DNA of 64,000 nt, from the NCBI GenBank assembly GCA_951406725.2, contig OX597815.1, forward strand, positions 4,030,001 through 4,094,000. Reading direction: 5' to 3'. Both the position numbers and the translations under genes were made by a program. The stretch comes from Octopus vulgaris. Lineage: Eukaryota. The notes beneath the pieces were generated by a model. The model was not told the origin of the DNA, did no database searches, and saw nothing but the letters and a program-made list of their open reading frames with translations. Shown one piece after another: positions 1 through 13,845 of the stretch. Position 1 is the first letter of the stretch; each line of letters starts with the position of its first letter.

Positions 1-120
1 ATCGATCCCGAAAGGATGAAAGGCAAAGTCGACCTCGGCGGAATTTGAACTCAGAACGTAGCGGCAGACGGAATACCGCGAAGCATTCCGTCCATCGTGC
101 TAATGATTGAAAGCCGCCTT
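1..120 (-). mobile_element. SINE family 1 (tRNA-like head, CCTTTCATCCTTTCGGGGTCGAT central motif), partial
   Basis: Reverse complement of the repeat also seen at 985-1190, 43438-43670 and 59090-59320. Confidence 0.8.
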
Positions 121-984
121 ATATATTTATATATAGAACAATATTATTATTTACGACTGAGAGGATTATTACATTATTATTATATGTGGGAGAAAAATAC
201 AAACTGGGACATTAGAAAAACAATTTAAATTCAGGACCTAACGGAACGCATTTAAACGCCATTAACCTGCATTCTGAAATTTAGGAATATAAAGAATTTT
301 TTTATGTTGTAAAAAAACGCGGGGGGGGGGGGATAGAACAAAAAATGCAAAACTTCATGGAAAATAGATAGAAAGGGATTATAGGAATAAATAAGGAGAA
401 TGGAAAATGAAAAGAAGATCAAAAAACATTTTTTACTCGAGAAAAGAATTTAGATAGCAAAACTTTTGAAGAGAAAAGCGACGATTACTGATGTAAGGGA
501 AACAACTCTTCAGTACACTGAGAAATTAACCTATCTTAATTACTTCCCTTCCATTAAAAAATTCCATTCTAAGAGTTCGAGCTGCAACGAAAATTTTAGA
601 AATGAAGAAAAGAAAGAAATAAGTGGAAATTTTACCGGTGAGTGTATTAAATAATAAGGCACCAAAAGAGAATGACTCTCCCCAGACACAACAGAATATG
701 CTTCAACACACGAACTCACATAAAGAATCTTGCAAACCAAATCCAAAAACGAAATATATTTCCAGTTAAGGAGAATTTTTATTTTGAAAATTTCTTAAGG
801 ACGTTTTTCAGAATCGAACCAATATCTTCCAGTTTGTAGCGATTCCACTGAAAACATTCCTGGCCTTTTAAAGTACCACGGTAGTTTCACAATCTAATTT
901 TCCTGGATCTTCTCTGGTATTTTTTTTGCTCATCCTATTTCTCAAGGGTTGAGAAATAAGCATCCACGCCGCCGATACAACTTC

Positions 985-1190
985 TCTCAGCAGAATCGTT
1001 AGCACGCCGGACGAAGTGTTTATCGGCAGTTCGTCCGACTTTACGTTCTAAGTTCAAATTCCAAAGACGTCGACTTTGCCTTTCATCCTTTGGGAGTCGA
1101 TAAATTAAGTACCAGTTGCGTACTGGAGTCGGTTTGAACCACTTATCCTCTCTTACTTGAAATTGCTGGCCTTGTGCCAACATTTGAAAC
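985..1190 (+). mobile_element. SINE family 1, tail type GGCCTTGTGCC-AAATTTGAAACC
   Basis: GCAGAATCGTTAGCACGCCGG head, GTTCAAATTCC B-box-like motif, central motif. Confidence 0.8.
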
Positions 1191-1204
1191 CAGTGGTGGT
1201 GGTG

Positions 1205-1264
<60 letters not shown>

Positions 1265-1620
1265 TAATGATGATGATGCTGATAATGATTAAAAGAGAAA
1301 AGACACAAAAATAGACAATAAAATATTGAACCGTTGGATTTCGTGCCTGCAACTGTTTTTATTCTTTCTGTCGTTGCGACAAATTGTCCATGTCTCTGAA
1401 TCTTTCCAATTACAAACATCGAAACAAATGACTTTGCTATGCAAAACGCTTCCTACATTAAAAAAAATATATATTATACAGACATATTTCTTATAAACCG
1501 GTCTATTTTAAATATATATATTTATTCAGTTATAAATAAAGAAAATACCTTCCATATATTTATATATATATACAACGAGGCCACATGTCTTCACAAAGAC
1601 ATCAAAGTCACGGGAATTAC

Positions 1621-1805
1621 CATCATCATCATCATTGTTCGACCGTAGTCGAGACAATGGAATTTACCATGCTACGCCAGACTTCACGGTCCATCATGGC
1701 ATTACGGAGGTCCTGTTCCTGGATGCCTGTATCCCTGGAGATTACATCAGGGTAGGAGAGTGTGCGCCCTCTGGTATTGCGAGTAGACAGAAACCACAGC
1801 ATCAT
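1621..1805 (-). mobile_element. RTE-clade LINE 3' end
   Basis: Minus frame ...RGRTLSYPDVISRDTGIQEQDLRNAMMDREVWRSMV...* followed by (GAT)n tail. Confidence 0.75.
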
Positions 1806-2810
1806 GTCTTTTAAAGGTGTATATACGTTAAGTATGGTACATACAGAATTGTTCTAATTTAATGATATTCCAATTGCATTCGTTGAGTTTATTTCAGTCC
1901 GGCAGGTTTTCTGCAACATCAGTGGTTGCATTATTCACTATATTTTTATATATCGGACAAATTAGCAGACATATATGATATATGACGTTGTTATTTATTT
2001 TGTTTGTGTGTGTTTTTTTGTGTTTGTGTGTGTGTGTGTTTTTTTAGCCGCTAATTACAACAACAACAACATAGTATTAAATTATGAATGTGATTTATAA
2101 TATGTAAAGGAGAAAGAGACATAAAAAGATGAGATTTAAATTAGTGTACTGCATTTTAATATTATATAATATATATATATATAAATATATTATTTGAAAT
2201 ATCGGGGGGAGACAACAAAAAAAAAACTTCAAAAATAAGAATATTAAGAATAAATATTGTATGTATATGCAAAATAAATATACAAAAAATTTACAAACAA
2301 AATTTTAAATATATAAAAACATATAAATAATAAACAAAAAAAAAAACATATATAAAAAAATCTATATTGTGTGTTATTAAAAAGAGAATAAGAGATTATG
2401 AAAAATTGCTATATACACATGAAGAAAAAAATAAATAGTGGAAATTTTTTGAGTGTAAGAAATAAATAAGGCAGAAAAAGAAATGACAAAAAGAACATAA
2501 AAGTGAAAAACCAAATCCAAAAAGAAACAGTTAAGGAGAAATAAATTTCTAAGGATAGATGCCCAGTTTGTAGAGTGTAGATATTGGCCTTTTAAAGTAC
2601 ACGGTAGTTTCACAACACCTGGATCTTCTCTGGTATTTTTTTTGCTTCCTATTTTCGGTTGAGTACAGGATGCACATGATTGCATGTGAGCAGTATCGCA
2701 GTTTACAACAGCAAGTATTGTTTCATACATGTATAAATAGTGTATTTGTATATGTATAGTATTTGAAATTACAAAAAAAACATTAAATATAGTGTGGTGG
2801 TGGTGGTGGT

Positions 2811-2858
<48 letters not shown>

Positions 2859-2984
2859 TATATGATGATGATTTTATTAAAACAAAAAAAAAAAAAAAAC
2901 AAAAAACCCCAATAAAAAAACAACAAACACAAAAAAAAAAAACAAAAAAAAAAACAAACAAAAAAAATAAAAAAAAAAACATAT

Positions 2985-3018
<34 letters not shown>

Positions 3019-3174
3019 ATATATGTATATATATATATGTGTGTGTGTATATATGTATATATATATATGTGTGTGTGTTTGTATATATATATGTATATAT
3101 ATATGTATATTTAAATATATATGCATATACATACATATATGTATATATACATATATATATATATACATATATAC

Positions 3175-3219
<45 letters not shown>

Positions 3220-3354
3220 CATACATACATACACACACACAGACACACACACATATATATACATACATATAAGAAAAACACCGAAAAAAACCACACACAA
3301 CACACAAATATATATATAGATATACGTATATATGTATGTATATGTATATATAAA

Positions 3355-3441
<87 letters not shown>

Positions 3442-3467
3442 CATATATATATCTATCTATCTATCTA

Positions 3468-3534
<67 letters not shown>

Positions 3535-3655
3535 TAATATACGTATATATATTTTTATATATATACATGTATATGTATATATATATATATATATGATTGA
3601 TTGATTGATTGATTCCAGTTTCAGCTCATGAGCTGTGGCCATGCTGGGGCACCGC

Positions 3656-3734
<79 letters not shown>

Positions 3735-3755
3735 TATATATATATTTTGTATATT

Positions 3756-3860
<105 letters not shown>

Positions 3861-3891
3861 TATGTATGTATTTCATGTATGTATGTATGTA

Positions 3892-4048
3892 TAGAAGTGG
3901 CTGTGTGGTAAGTAGCTTGCTTACCAACCACATGGTTCAGGTTCAGTCCCACTGCGTGGCACCTTGAGCAAGTGTCTTCTACTATATCCTCGGGCCGACC
4001 AAAGCCTTGTGAGTGGATTTGGTACACGGTAACTGAAAGGAGCCCGTC

Positions 4049-4105
<57 letters not shown>

Positions 4106-4360
4106 TGTGTGTGTATATGTTTGTGTGTGTGTGTGTGTGTGTGTGTTTGTGTGTTTGTGTGTGTGTGTATGTGTGTGCCCAACATCGTTTGACAACCGAT
4201 GCTGGTGTGTTTACGTCCCCGTAACATAGCGGTTCGGCAAAAAAGAAAAAATAGAATAAATACTAGGCTTACAAAGAATATGTCCTGGGGTCGGTTTGCT
4301 CGACTAAAGGCGGTGCTCCAGCATGGCCGCAGTCAAAATGACTGAAACAAGTAAAAGAGT
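3892..4360 (+). mobile_element. SINE family 2 (CORE-like, OR-type octopus SINE) with internal microsatellite
   Basis: GTGGCTGTGTGGTAAG A-box, GGTTCAGTCCC B-box, CACCTTGRGCAAGTGTCTTCT core, tail CATGGCCGCAGTC..GACTGAAAC. Confidence 0.85.
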
Positions 4361-4377
4361 ACACATATACAGATATG

Positions 4378-4436
<59 letters not shown>

Positions 4437-4646
4437 ATGTATGTATGTATGTATGTATGTATGTATGTATGTATATGTGTGTGTGCGCGCGCGCGCAAAT
4501 GTCTTGTAAATCGTGGGGCTTGTGGCTCTTGGAAATATCATTTTATAAACTAACTAAAAGAACCCGCTGTGCTTGTCCTGAAAATTAACTTTATTAAAAT
4601 CAATGGATGTAAACAAAATGGATTTCATTAGATAAAAATGTAATCG

Positions 4647-4697
4647 GACCGAAGGACGCCAGTATTTCTGCGTCGTTATGCTTCATCAGCCGCAGTC
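4647..4697 (-). ncRNA. Degenerate type I hammerhead ribozyme
   Basis: gactgcgg-CTGATGA-a-gc..gc-a-GAAA-tactggcg-TC-cttcggtc; stem I 7/8 paired, stems II/III decayed. Confidence 0.5.
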
Positions 4698-5259
4698 AAT
4701 GAATCCGTCGTTTACTAATGAATTGTCCTTTTTTATATTTAAACAGCAAATAATAGATTTTCTGATGTGTGCAAAGCTTGGACAAGCTAGAATTGATGGA
4801 CTAGAGGCATGCTAAGAAGCATTGATTGAAATATGGACGTGTGCAATCATCTCTAACATGTTCATGCAAACTTGGACGTGCAAAGACCTTCGTTGCGGAA
4901 ATTATCCCAGGACAAATATTTACCTTACACACTATTTGCTTTTTAAACATGAGAAAGGTTGTTGTTAGTGAGTTATGAATGACGGATTCGATATGTGTAG
5001 TTGACGAAGTGCAGTGACGCTGAAATGCATCCGTCCTACAGACCGAAAACGTCGTTGATAGCCTGGTTGTGTGTTCCCTCATTTTGACTACAAGGAGAAA
5101 TTTTCTCCCAAGATGAACATACACACACTGTTGCACCAGGGTGCTGCATCTACCGTTTGACAGTGTTTGCTCGGGTCGTTCCGGGCAACCCTCTGAGCAC
5201 TTTCCTATTCAGGCCCCATCTCTGCAAGATACTTCCTCGTTCATAGTGAACGTGAGGTA

Positions 5260-5490
5260 TGTGGCTGAGCAGCACGAGCTGTTACCCAGTCGGATCTTCA
5301 GAGAAGAGAAGACGATACACAGAATCCTGCTCGGAAAATCGTACATGAATCGCCAAACATTCTAAGCTCGTGCCGCCGAATCGCACGGATAACAGACCGC
5401 ATCCCAGTTTCTGAGTCGCTGGTTCGATACAAAATCCGAGCCATGGCAACTCATAAGCCATCGAAGCATCCCGGGTCCAGTTTGTCCATT
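5260..5490 (-). mobile_element. Decayed RTE-like LINE ORF C-terminal fragment
   Basis: Frameshifted peptides SDFVSNQRL / ETGMRSVIRAIRRHELRMFG / RFSEQDSVYRLLFSEDPTG. Confidence 0.6.
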
Positions 5491-5617
5491 TATATTATTT
5501 TGGTTCAATTTTCCTTGAAGAATTCGGTTGAACTAACTCATAAAGAATTATCCAAAATTCTGATTGCTTCTGTTTTCTAAACACACACATACACACATGC
5601 ACACACACATAACATAC

Positions 5618-5652
<35 letters not shown>

Positions 5653-5711
5653 TATACATACATGCACACACGTATATATATATATATATGTATGTATGTA
5701 TAGATAGATAT

Positions 5712-6036
<325 letters not shown>

Positions 6037-6071
6037 CATACACATATATATATACATATATATATATATAC

Positions 6072-6207
<136 letters not shown>

Positions 6208-6359
6208 ATATACATATATATATATACATATACATATATATATACATATACATATACATATATATATAATTTTAATCCAAACGGGAAACAAAAAAACAAC
6301 AACAATGGAACAATTACAGTATTATTATTAATAGGCGCTCAGGAAATGGAAGCAGGGAG

Positions 6360-6394
6360 GTATGACGTTTCGAGCGGAGCTCTTCGTCGGAAAC
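6360..6394 (-). ncRNA. Minimal type I HHR, CCGACGA core variant (family H1), in element ~6270-6480
   Basis: gttt-CCGACGA-a-gagc-tcc-gctc-GAAA-C-GTC-atac. Confidence 0.7.
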
Positions 6395-7096
6395 ATAAAG
6401 AAGGAAGAGAGAGGAAAGAAAGATCCCGGAGCGGGCAACGGAGATAGAGAAAAAACGACTGGTGTTAGGAGTAGCACATGGTGAAAGGCGGATGTTTACG
6501 GTAACAAGAGCAAAGTGGGTTTTTAAAGGCAAAGGAGTGGAGACAAGGTTGGTAACGCAACAGATGTGTGTGTATGTGTGAGTGTGTGCGTGTGCGTGTG
6601 TGTATGTGTGTGTGTGAGGCGAGGTAAAAAAAACAAAAAATATATGTATATATATATACATATACATATATATATATATATACATATATATATACATATA
6701 TATACACATATACATATATATATATACACATATATATATACATATACATATATATATATATACATATACATATATACATATACATATATATATATACACA
6801 TATATATATACATATACATATATATATACACATATATATATACATATACATATATATATACACATATATATATACATATACATATACATATATCTCTCTT
6901 TACTCTTTTTTTACTCTTTTACTTGTTTCAGTGATTTGACTGCGGCCATGCTGGAGCACCGCCTTTAGTCGAGCAACTCGACCCCGGGACTGAACCCGGA
7001 ACCATGTGGTTGTTTAGCAAGCTACTTACCACACAGCCACTCCTGCGCCTATATATATATACATATACATATATATATATATATACATATACATAC

Positions 7097-7165
<69 letters not shown>

Positions 7166-7209
7166 GTGTGTGTGAGTGTGTGTGTGTGTGAGTGTGTGTG
7201 TGTGTGTGT

Positions 7210-7432
7210 GTGGAGTCGCAATGGCCCAGTGGTTAGGGTAGCGGACTCGCGGTCGTAGAATCGCGGTTTCGATTCCCAGACCGGGCGTTGTGAGTGTTTA
7301 TTGAGCGAAAATACCTAAACTGCACGAGGCTCCGGCAGGGGCGACCCCTGCTGTACTCTTTCACCACAACTTTCTCTCACTCTTTCTTCTGTTGGCCTGC
7401 TCGCTTAGCCAGCGGGGTGGCGTCATTCGAAG
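7210..7432 (+). mobile_element. SINE family 3 (tRNA-derived head)
   Basis: TGGCCCAGTGGTTAGGG A-box, GGTTTCGATTCCC B-box; related copies at 34722 and 57291. Confidence 0.8.
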
Positions 7433-8002
7433 GCAATAGTAGAAGACACTTGCCCAAGGTGCCACGCAGTGGGACTGAACCCGGAACCATGTGGTTGGTG
7501 AGCAAGCTACTTACTACACAACTACGCCTCTTTTCTCCTGAAAATGTCTGAAGACTTCCGGAATACTCCTTGTATTTCACATGCTACATACATTAATTTT
7601 AATTAATTAAAGCAGGGTTAGTATAAGCAATCCCTAATTAGACTGCTCAGATACTAATGAAAGTAATTCGTTTTAATTATCCAGACGAGTGTGTATACAT
7701 TAAGAAAGGACATCAATCTGATGTATAAAGACACAAAGATTTAAATAATTCTAATCTTTACGAATATATAACAATTAAGTATGAATGTATAAATATGTGG
7801 ACGGGTGTATATGTAAAGGAAAGAGGTACACACACACGCACGCACACATACACACATATATATATACACACGCAAATACACACAATGTGGGGTTCACATT
7901 TGTTATATTGATGAAGCATGTCAAAACACATACAAACATGACTGTGTGTATATATATATATACGCACACATTCAGCCACATCATATATATACATATACAT
8001 AC

Positions 8003-8033
<31 letters not shown>

Positions 8034-8332
8034 CTAGCAGTATCGCCCGGCGTTGCTCGGATTTGTAAGGGAAATAACTATATAAGCATTTTTAGAGAGT
8101 TATAGCCCAAAAATAGCAAAAAAAATGCATTAAAAATGGAAAAAAATTATGGTAAATTTTTTTTTAATCGTAGACTCATCGTAGACGCGCGCTAATACCC
8201 AGAAGGGCTCGATATGAATCACGACTATAAGATACCCGGTTTTTGTTAAACTGCGCCGCAAAATGTGGGAGTAGTTAGGAATCTAAATCGTAGGAGACAG
8301 ACAGCACACAACTTCACTTTTATATATACAGA
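8034..8332 (-). mobile_element. Non-autonomous Helitron
   Basis: 5' TC, 3' hairpin (CCGAGCAACGCCGGG) then CTAG, A|T target, no TSD; same family as 46852-47248. Confidence 0.85.
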
Positions 8333-8447
8333 TATATAAGAAAAATTATGCTATAACCATGTAAGTGTGCGTATTTTCCTTTTTATTTTTCTTATATACA
8401 TTACAATCCGCCACGTGGGGACAACCGAAATTCCTCTTTTCTGTTAC

Positions 8448-8495
<48 letters not shown>

Positions 8496-8787
8496 CTCTT
8501 ACTTTTTTTATTCTACACTGAAATCTGACATTGAACTTTTCCACAAAAAATTGTATATTACACGCTTTTACTAAATATCTTATTCTGAAACAGAACACTG
8601 TAAAAGACTCTTACTTTTTTTCTTATACACTGAAATCATTCACAAAAAATGAACATTGTATTCTAACCCAATTATTCTCTTTTTTTGTTTCACCTAATTA
8701 AATACACTCTCCCTTACTTAAATTATTTTGTCAGCATTTTCTTCATTTCCACTTTTTATATATCACAACTCGCGTTCCACATCTCCT

Positions 8788-8947
<160 letters not shown>

Positions 8948-9004
8948 GTATGTATGTATGTACATATATATATATGTATATATGTATGTATGTACATATA
9001 TGTA

Positions 9005-9360
9005 AATTACTGCACATTTAAGCACAAAGAGTAGACCCCTTAAACAGGCCGCCTAACATACTAGAAAGAACAGTCAAAAAGTCCAAACCACAGTTAAGAG
9101 CAATTTCGAAGGGAATCAAAAATAAAAACATTTACCATGTTTTACAGGCGGACCTCAGGTTTCGAACTTTAATTCGCAATCAAAATAATTTGCAAGGCGA
9201 AGGTCCCATCTTTCTAGAATGTTAGGCAAACTGCTTAATGCCTTGCCTCTCTCTGTTTAGATGTAAGCTAATTTTTATATGAAAAAGATGTCTATTGACT
9301 TTGTATACATACTAGGCCACTGGTAGGGAAAGAAATTTATAATTTTTCCTACCCTATATT
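9005..9360. mobile_element. Fold-back pair of HHR/structured-domain element (family R)
   Basis: Minus arm has HHR 3' half GAAA-CCTGAGG-TC (~9136-9160), GTAAATG and TTCTTTCTAG; plus arm ends CATACTAG-GCCAC-hairpin-CCTATATT as at 42912-42968. Confidence 0.65.
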
Positions 9361-9361
9361 A

Positions 9362-9401
<40 letters not shown>

Positions 9402-9404
<3 letters not shown>

Positions 9405-9685
9405 CGCAGGAGTGGCTGTGTGGTAAGTAGCTTGTTTACCGACCACATAGTTCCAGTTTCAGTCCCACTGTGTTTGTGTGTCTGTGTTTGTCCCCCTAGC
9501 ATTGCTTGACAACCGGTGTTACTTAGCGGTTCCGTTACTTAGCGGTTCGGCAAAAGAGACCGATAGAATAAGTACTGGGCTTACAAAAGAGTAAGTCCCA
9601 GGGTCGAGTTGCTCGATTAAAGGCGGTGCTCCAGCATGGCCGCAGTCAAATGACTGAAACAAGTAAAAGAGTAAAAGAGTATATA

Positions 9686-9735
<50 letters not shown>

Positions 9736-10013
9736 TGTGTGTCTGTGTTTGTACCCCCAAGATCGCTTGACAACCGATGCTGGTGTGTTTACGTCCCCGT
9801 AACTTAGCGATTCGGTGAAACAGACCGATAGAATAAGTACTATGCTTACAAAGAATAAGTCCTGGTGTCGATCTTATCGTATATACTCTTTTACTCTTTT
9901 TCTTGTTTCAGTCATTTAACTGTGGCCATGCTGGAGCCCCGCCTTTGGTCGATAAGATCGACACCAGGACTTATTCTTTGTAAGCATAGTACTTATTCTA
10001 TCGGTCTGTTTCA
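9402..10013. mobile_element. Cluster of SINE family 2 pieces including an inverted duplication
   Basis: Head at 9402, tails at ~9520-9680 (+), 9733-9879 (+), 9885-10013 (-). Confidence 0.8.
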
Positions 10014-10084
10014 CTATATATATATAGTTAGTTACTATATATATTTGTTTGCAAGTAGGTAACCCTTTGCAAGTAGGTAACCCT

Positions 10085-10300
10085 CTTTTTTAAATTTTCC
10101 GGGTTCATAGGATCGTGCTCAAGGTGACTTCGTCATTCATACGTGCCATCCTTGCTACATTCACCCATCTTTTTTTTAAAACATTCGCTAGACAAAACTT
10201 GCCTCTCTACTCTCACTTTCCTTTTTCAAGTGATACTTGAAGAAGTTGATGAGAGATTGACCAGAGAGGAAAGTGTTTGTCTCTAATCCTTTCAGGCGCG
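10085..10300 (-). mobile_element. Short 5'-truncated L1/Tx1 LINE fragment
   Basis: RLKGLETNTFLSGQSLINFFKYHLKK parallels the C-terminus encoded at 10687-10880. Confidence 0.8.
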
Positions 10301-10390
<90 letters not shown>

Positions 10391-10392
<2 letters not shown>

Positions 10393-10620
10393 GTTTCTTT
10401 ATTAGCCACGCAGGGCTGAACACAGAGGGGACAATACAAAGTAGAACTTTTCTTTTCGAAAGAAAGAAAAAAACGATCAAAAGGGATCGGAAAGCGTTTG
10501 TGACATGTAAACAACAAAAAAAGCGGCGTAAAGTGGCAAAAGAGGTTTATCCGTGGAAAGAAAAGCTTACGTAAAAGACCACGGTAACCTTAGTCAGGGA
10601 AAGTAACACATGAGAGCAAA

Positions 10621-10686
<66 letters not shown>

Positions 10687-12509
10687 TTACAGGATCATGC
10701 TCAAAGTGGTTTCGTCATTCGCGCGTAGCATCTTTGCTACATTCACCCACCTTTTATTGAATCTTTCATGAGACAAAACTTGCCCCTCTATTCTCACCTT
10801 CCTTTTCAAGTGGTGCTTGAAAAAGTTCATGAACGATTGGCCAGAGAAGAAAGTGTTTGTCTCTAAAACTTTCGCTCGAGTCCACCACACACATTCTTCC
10901 ACCATGGCCACCACTATGATGAACACTGCCTTGCCTTCCCGGTTAAAGGAAGGTGGCGGGGTAATATTCACGACAGACTTGGCCGATAACCGAATTCGTC
11001 CCACAGGTGACAGCAGCCGTTCGGCATAAGCCCACAGGTCCGAAATGGCTGGACACTGCACAAGTGCGTGCAGAACGGTTTCATCCCTCCGACTGCATCT
11101 CGGGTAAGTCGGTCCGGTGCATCTCGAACCGTTCCTGTAGAGCTTATCCCGAACAGGCAATGCTTCCTGATAGCACTGCCAGGCCAAGGGTCTCTTGTGA
11201 TTGTCCATAGGTCCGGCCTGAAAGTTGTCCTGAACAGTCGGGTCAGGTGTTCCTCGTCGACGCCCAGATTCTCACCAACAACGTCGTCGTACCTCCCCTC
11301 CGCTAATCCTCTATAGAACGCCTTCGTGGAATTGAAGTCACACAAGTTTGGTCCTGGACGGCAGAGTTGCTTGATAACAAGGCAGCACTCGCGGTGCCAT
11401 TCGCCTAGCCTCGGTCTCTGATCCACGACTGTAGTTCAGCCAAAGAGACGAGCTGTGGGAAATCGTGCCTCACAGACGGTGACCACACCTGTTCACCGTC
11501 GTCAATGGAGCGCCGGGGATGTCGTGGTCTCAGCGCATCATCAACCACGGTATGCCCAGCCCTCCATTTAGCGGGTGTTGACAGCAAATGGATCGCCTAA
11601 CCATCGGAACGCTTCCCTTCTACAAAAGGCGAAAGAGCATGCGTTCCAGTTTGGTGATGGTAGGGTCGGGACAAGGCACGACTGTCAGGCGATAATAGAT
11701 GACGAATGCTTTTAGGGAAAGCTTTCTCTCGGCCCATTGCTGGTTGAGAGTAGCCACCCTTCTCGTTATCTCGTCCCAGTTCTTCTCTATTTGGATGTCG
11801 GATCCGAACCAGACCCGAGCAATTTAAGCGGTCCGTCTGTCCAGTGTCCCACGATGGAGACGCTGTTGGGCGGCATGGGCTTGCTTCTCCAAGGTGCTGA
11901 GCCGCAAGCCCACTGACTTTTCCCGGTTAATTTTTGCTCCCGTGACTGCTTCGTATTCTTTTAGTGTCTCGCTGACCAGGTCGATATGCCTGTGGCTCAG
12001 CACTATCACGGTGACGTGGTCTGCGTATGCAGACACGCTCCTCCCGCATCCCAGCTCTCGCGGGATGTCCCTCAGCTTTCGCAGTAGTGGCTCTAGAGTC
12101 AATACATACAGAAGCGACGAGAGGGGGCATCTTTGACGGACCGAATGCATGATGTTAAATGGTTTGGATAGATGACCATTTACGCGAACTACCGGGCGGA
12201 TGCCGCTGTATAAGGCAGAGATCCAGTCGCGACCGAAACTAGGAGCTCTAAGGACAGCCTCCAAGTAGTGATGGTCTACCCTATCGAAAGCTTTTGATGG
12301 ATCCAAATTTATCAGCGCCCCACCCATGCCAGGTTCCTTAACTACCCTGTCTATGATGTAGCACATTAGATGTAGGTTGTCATGGCTACTCCTACACGGC
12401 ACCGCGCATGTTTGCGCCTTGTCGACCAGTTTCTTGATGACAAGCGCCAACCTCTCGGCAAGCACCTTGGCCAAAATCTTCAAATCTACGTTGAGCAGAG
12501 TGATGGGCC
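10391..12509 (-). mobile_element. 5'-truncated, frameshifted L1/Tx1-clade LINE (RT, C-terminal Cys/His motif, 3'UTR)
   Basis: KILAKVLAERL, LDPSKAFDRVDH, RQRCPLS, YADH (YADD), KINREKS; PRC..ETVLHALVQC; AATAAA at the 3' end. Confidence 0.92.
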
Positions 12510-12537
12510 TAGATAGATAGATAGACAGGCAAATAGA

Positions 12538-12599
<62 letters not shown>

Positions 12600-12601
<2 letters not shown>

Positions 12602-12855
12602 TATATATATAAAACAGTACTGGGAGAATAAGAACGGAACGAAGCGAACGATTTTTCCTTGTGTAGTATGTCCTATACTCTGTTTTTCTGTTGTAAAAAA
12701 ATGGTTTTTCCGTTTTCGTTTCTCGTTGAGTTCCACGTCTAGTTGTGGTGTCCTGTACTCACATATATATATTTGTATATGCATGTATATATACATGTAG
12801 ATGTAGGTACGTACATATATGTTTGTATGTATGCATATATTTTATTTATTACACT
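12600..12855. repeat. Unclassified short element family in (TA)n; copies at 16500-16735 (inverted) and 22613-22860
   Basis: Shared GGTGTCCTGTAC..TACATGTAGA.GTAGGTACGTACATAT..TTTATTTATTA. Confidence 0.7.
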
Positions 12856-12889
12856 ATATATATATACATACATACATTAATTTACAATA

Positions 12890-13110
12890 TATAATAAGCC
12901 TACCAGATAGTATACAGCATGCTAGAAATAGGAGTCAAACGGCTCAAGAACCACAGTGAATTACTGTGTATATAAGTGATTTACTGTGGTTCTTGAGCCG
13001 TTTCATTCCTATTTCTAGCAATGCAATGTGCCCTCTAGTAGCGTGATTATAAATTACAAATTATAAACTAATGACTTTACATTTTTGCTTATTTTATACA
13101 TGCTAGCCAC
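12890..13110. mobile_element. Fold-back copy of family R structured domain
   Basis: Inverted arms ~12921-12965 and ~12975-13020; CTAGCATG/CATGCTAG and GTGG/CCAC pairings. Confidence 0.6.
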
Positions 13111-13256
13111 TTATATTATTATTTTTTATTAATAATATTATATATATATATATATATAAAAAGTTAATCCAAACAAGAAAACAAAAAGACAACAACGCAA
13201 GGATGTGGAACAAATAAAGTATTATTGGACGCTCAGGAAAGAAGGGATAAAGGAGG

Positions 13257-13291
13257 GTTTGACGTTTCGAGCGGAGCTCTTCGTCGGAAAC
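13257..13291 (-). ncRNA. Minimal type I HHR, CCGACGA core variant (H1), in element ~13160-13365
   Basis: gttt-CCGACGA-a-gagc-tcc-gctc-GAAA-C-GTC-aaac; all stems paired, palindromic ACGU stem III. Confidence 0.8.
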
Positions 13292-13459
13292 ATAGGAGAA
13301 GGAAAGATCCCGAGACGGGAGGACAGAGGAAAAAAAATCGCCAGTGGTATTCACGAGGTCACATACTAAAAGACGAAAGTGGTAAAAATGGAGGAAAATG
13401 TTTTTAAAAACAAGAGAGCTATATCAAAGAAGGAATGGTAAATGTGTGCGATGATGACA

Positions 13460-13512
<53 letters not shown>

Positions 13513-13551
13513 TGGACAATGGCTAGTAGCAGGCAGTAGTAGAATTAAGGA

Positions 13552-13621
<70 letters not shown>

Positions 13622-13623
13622 GC

Positions 13624-13663
<40 letters not shown>

Positions 13664-13702
13664 TGGACAATGGCTAGTAGCAGGCAGTAGTAGAATTAAG
13701 GA

Positions 13703-13776
<74 letters not shown>

Positions 13777-13778
13777 GC

Positions 13779-13822
<44 letters not shown>

Positions 13823-13845
13823 TTATATACATATATATATATATA

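Noticed and set aside
350-960. Short ORFs that might be a LINE ORF1 remnant
   Set aside because: No recognisable motif, so they cannot be assigned
7210-7285. tRNA genes at SINE heads (also 34722, 52787, 57291)
   Set aside because: No acceptor stem, and they continue into SINE bodies
12921-12934. GCTAGAAATAG resembling the Cas9 sgRNA scaffold
   Set aside because: Short coincidence; it is the antisense of the family R linker, and there is no CRISPR context
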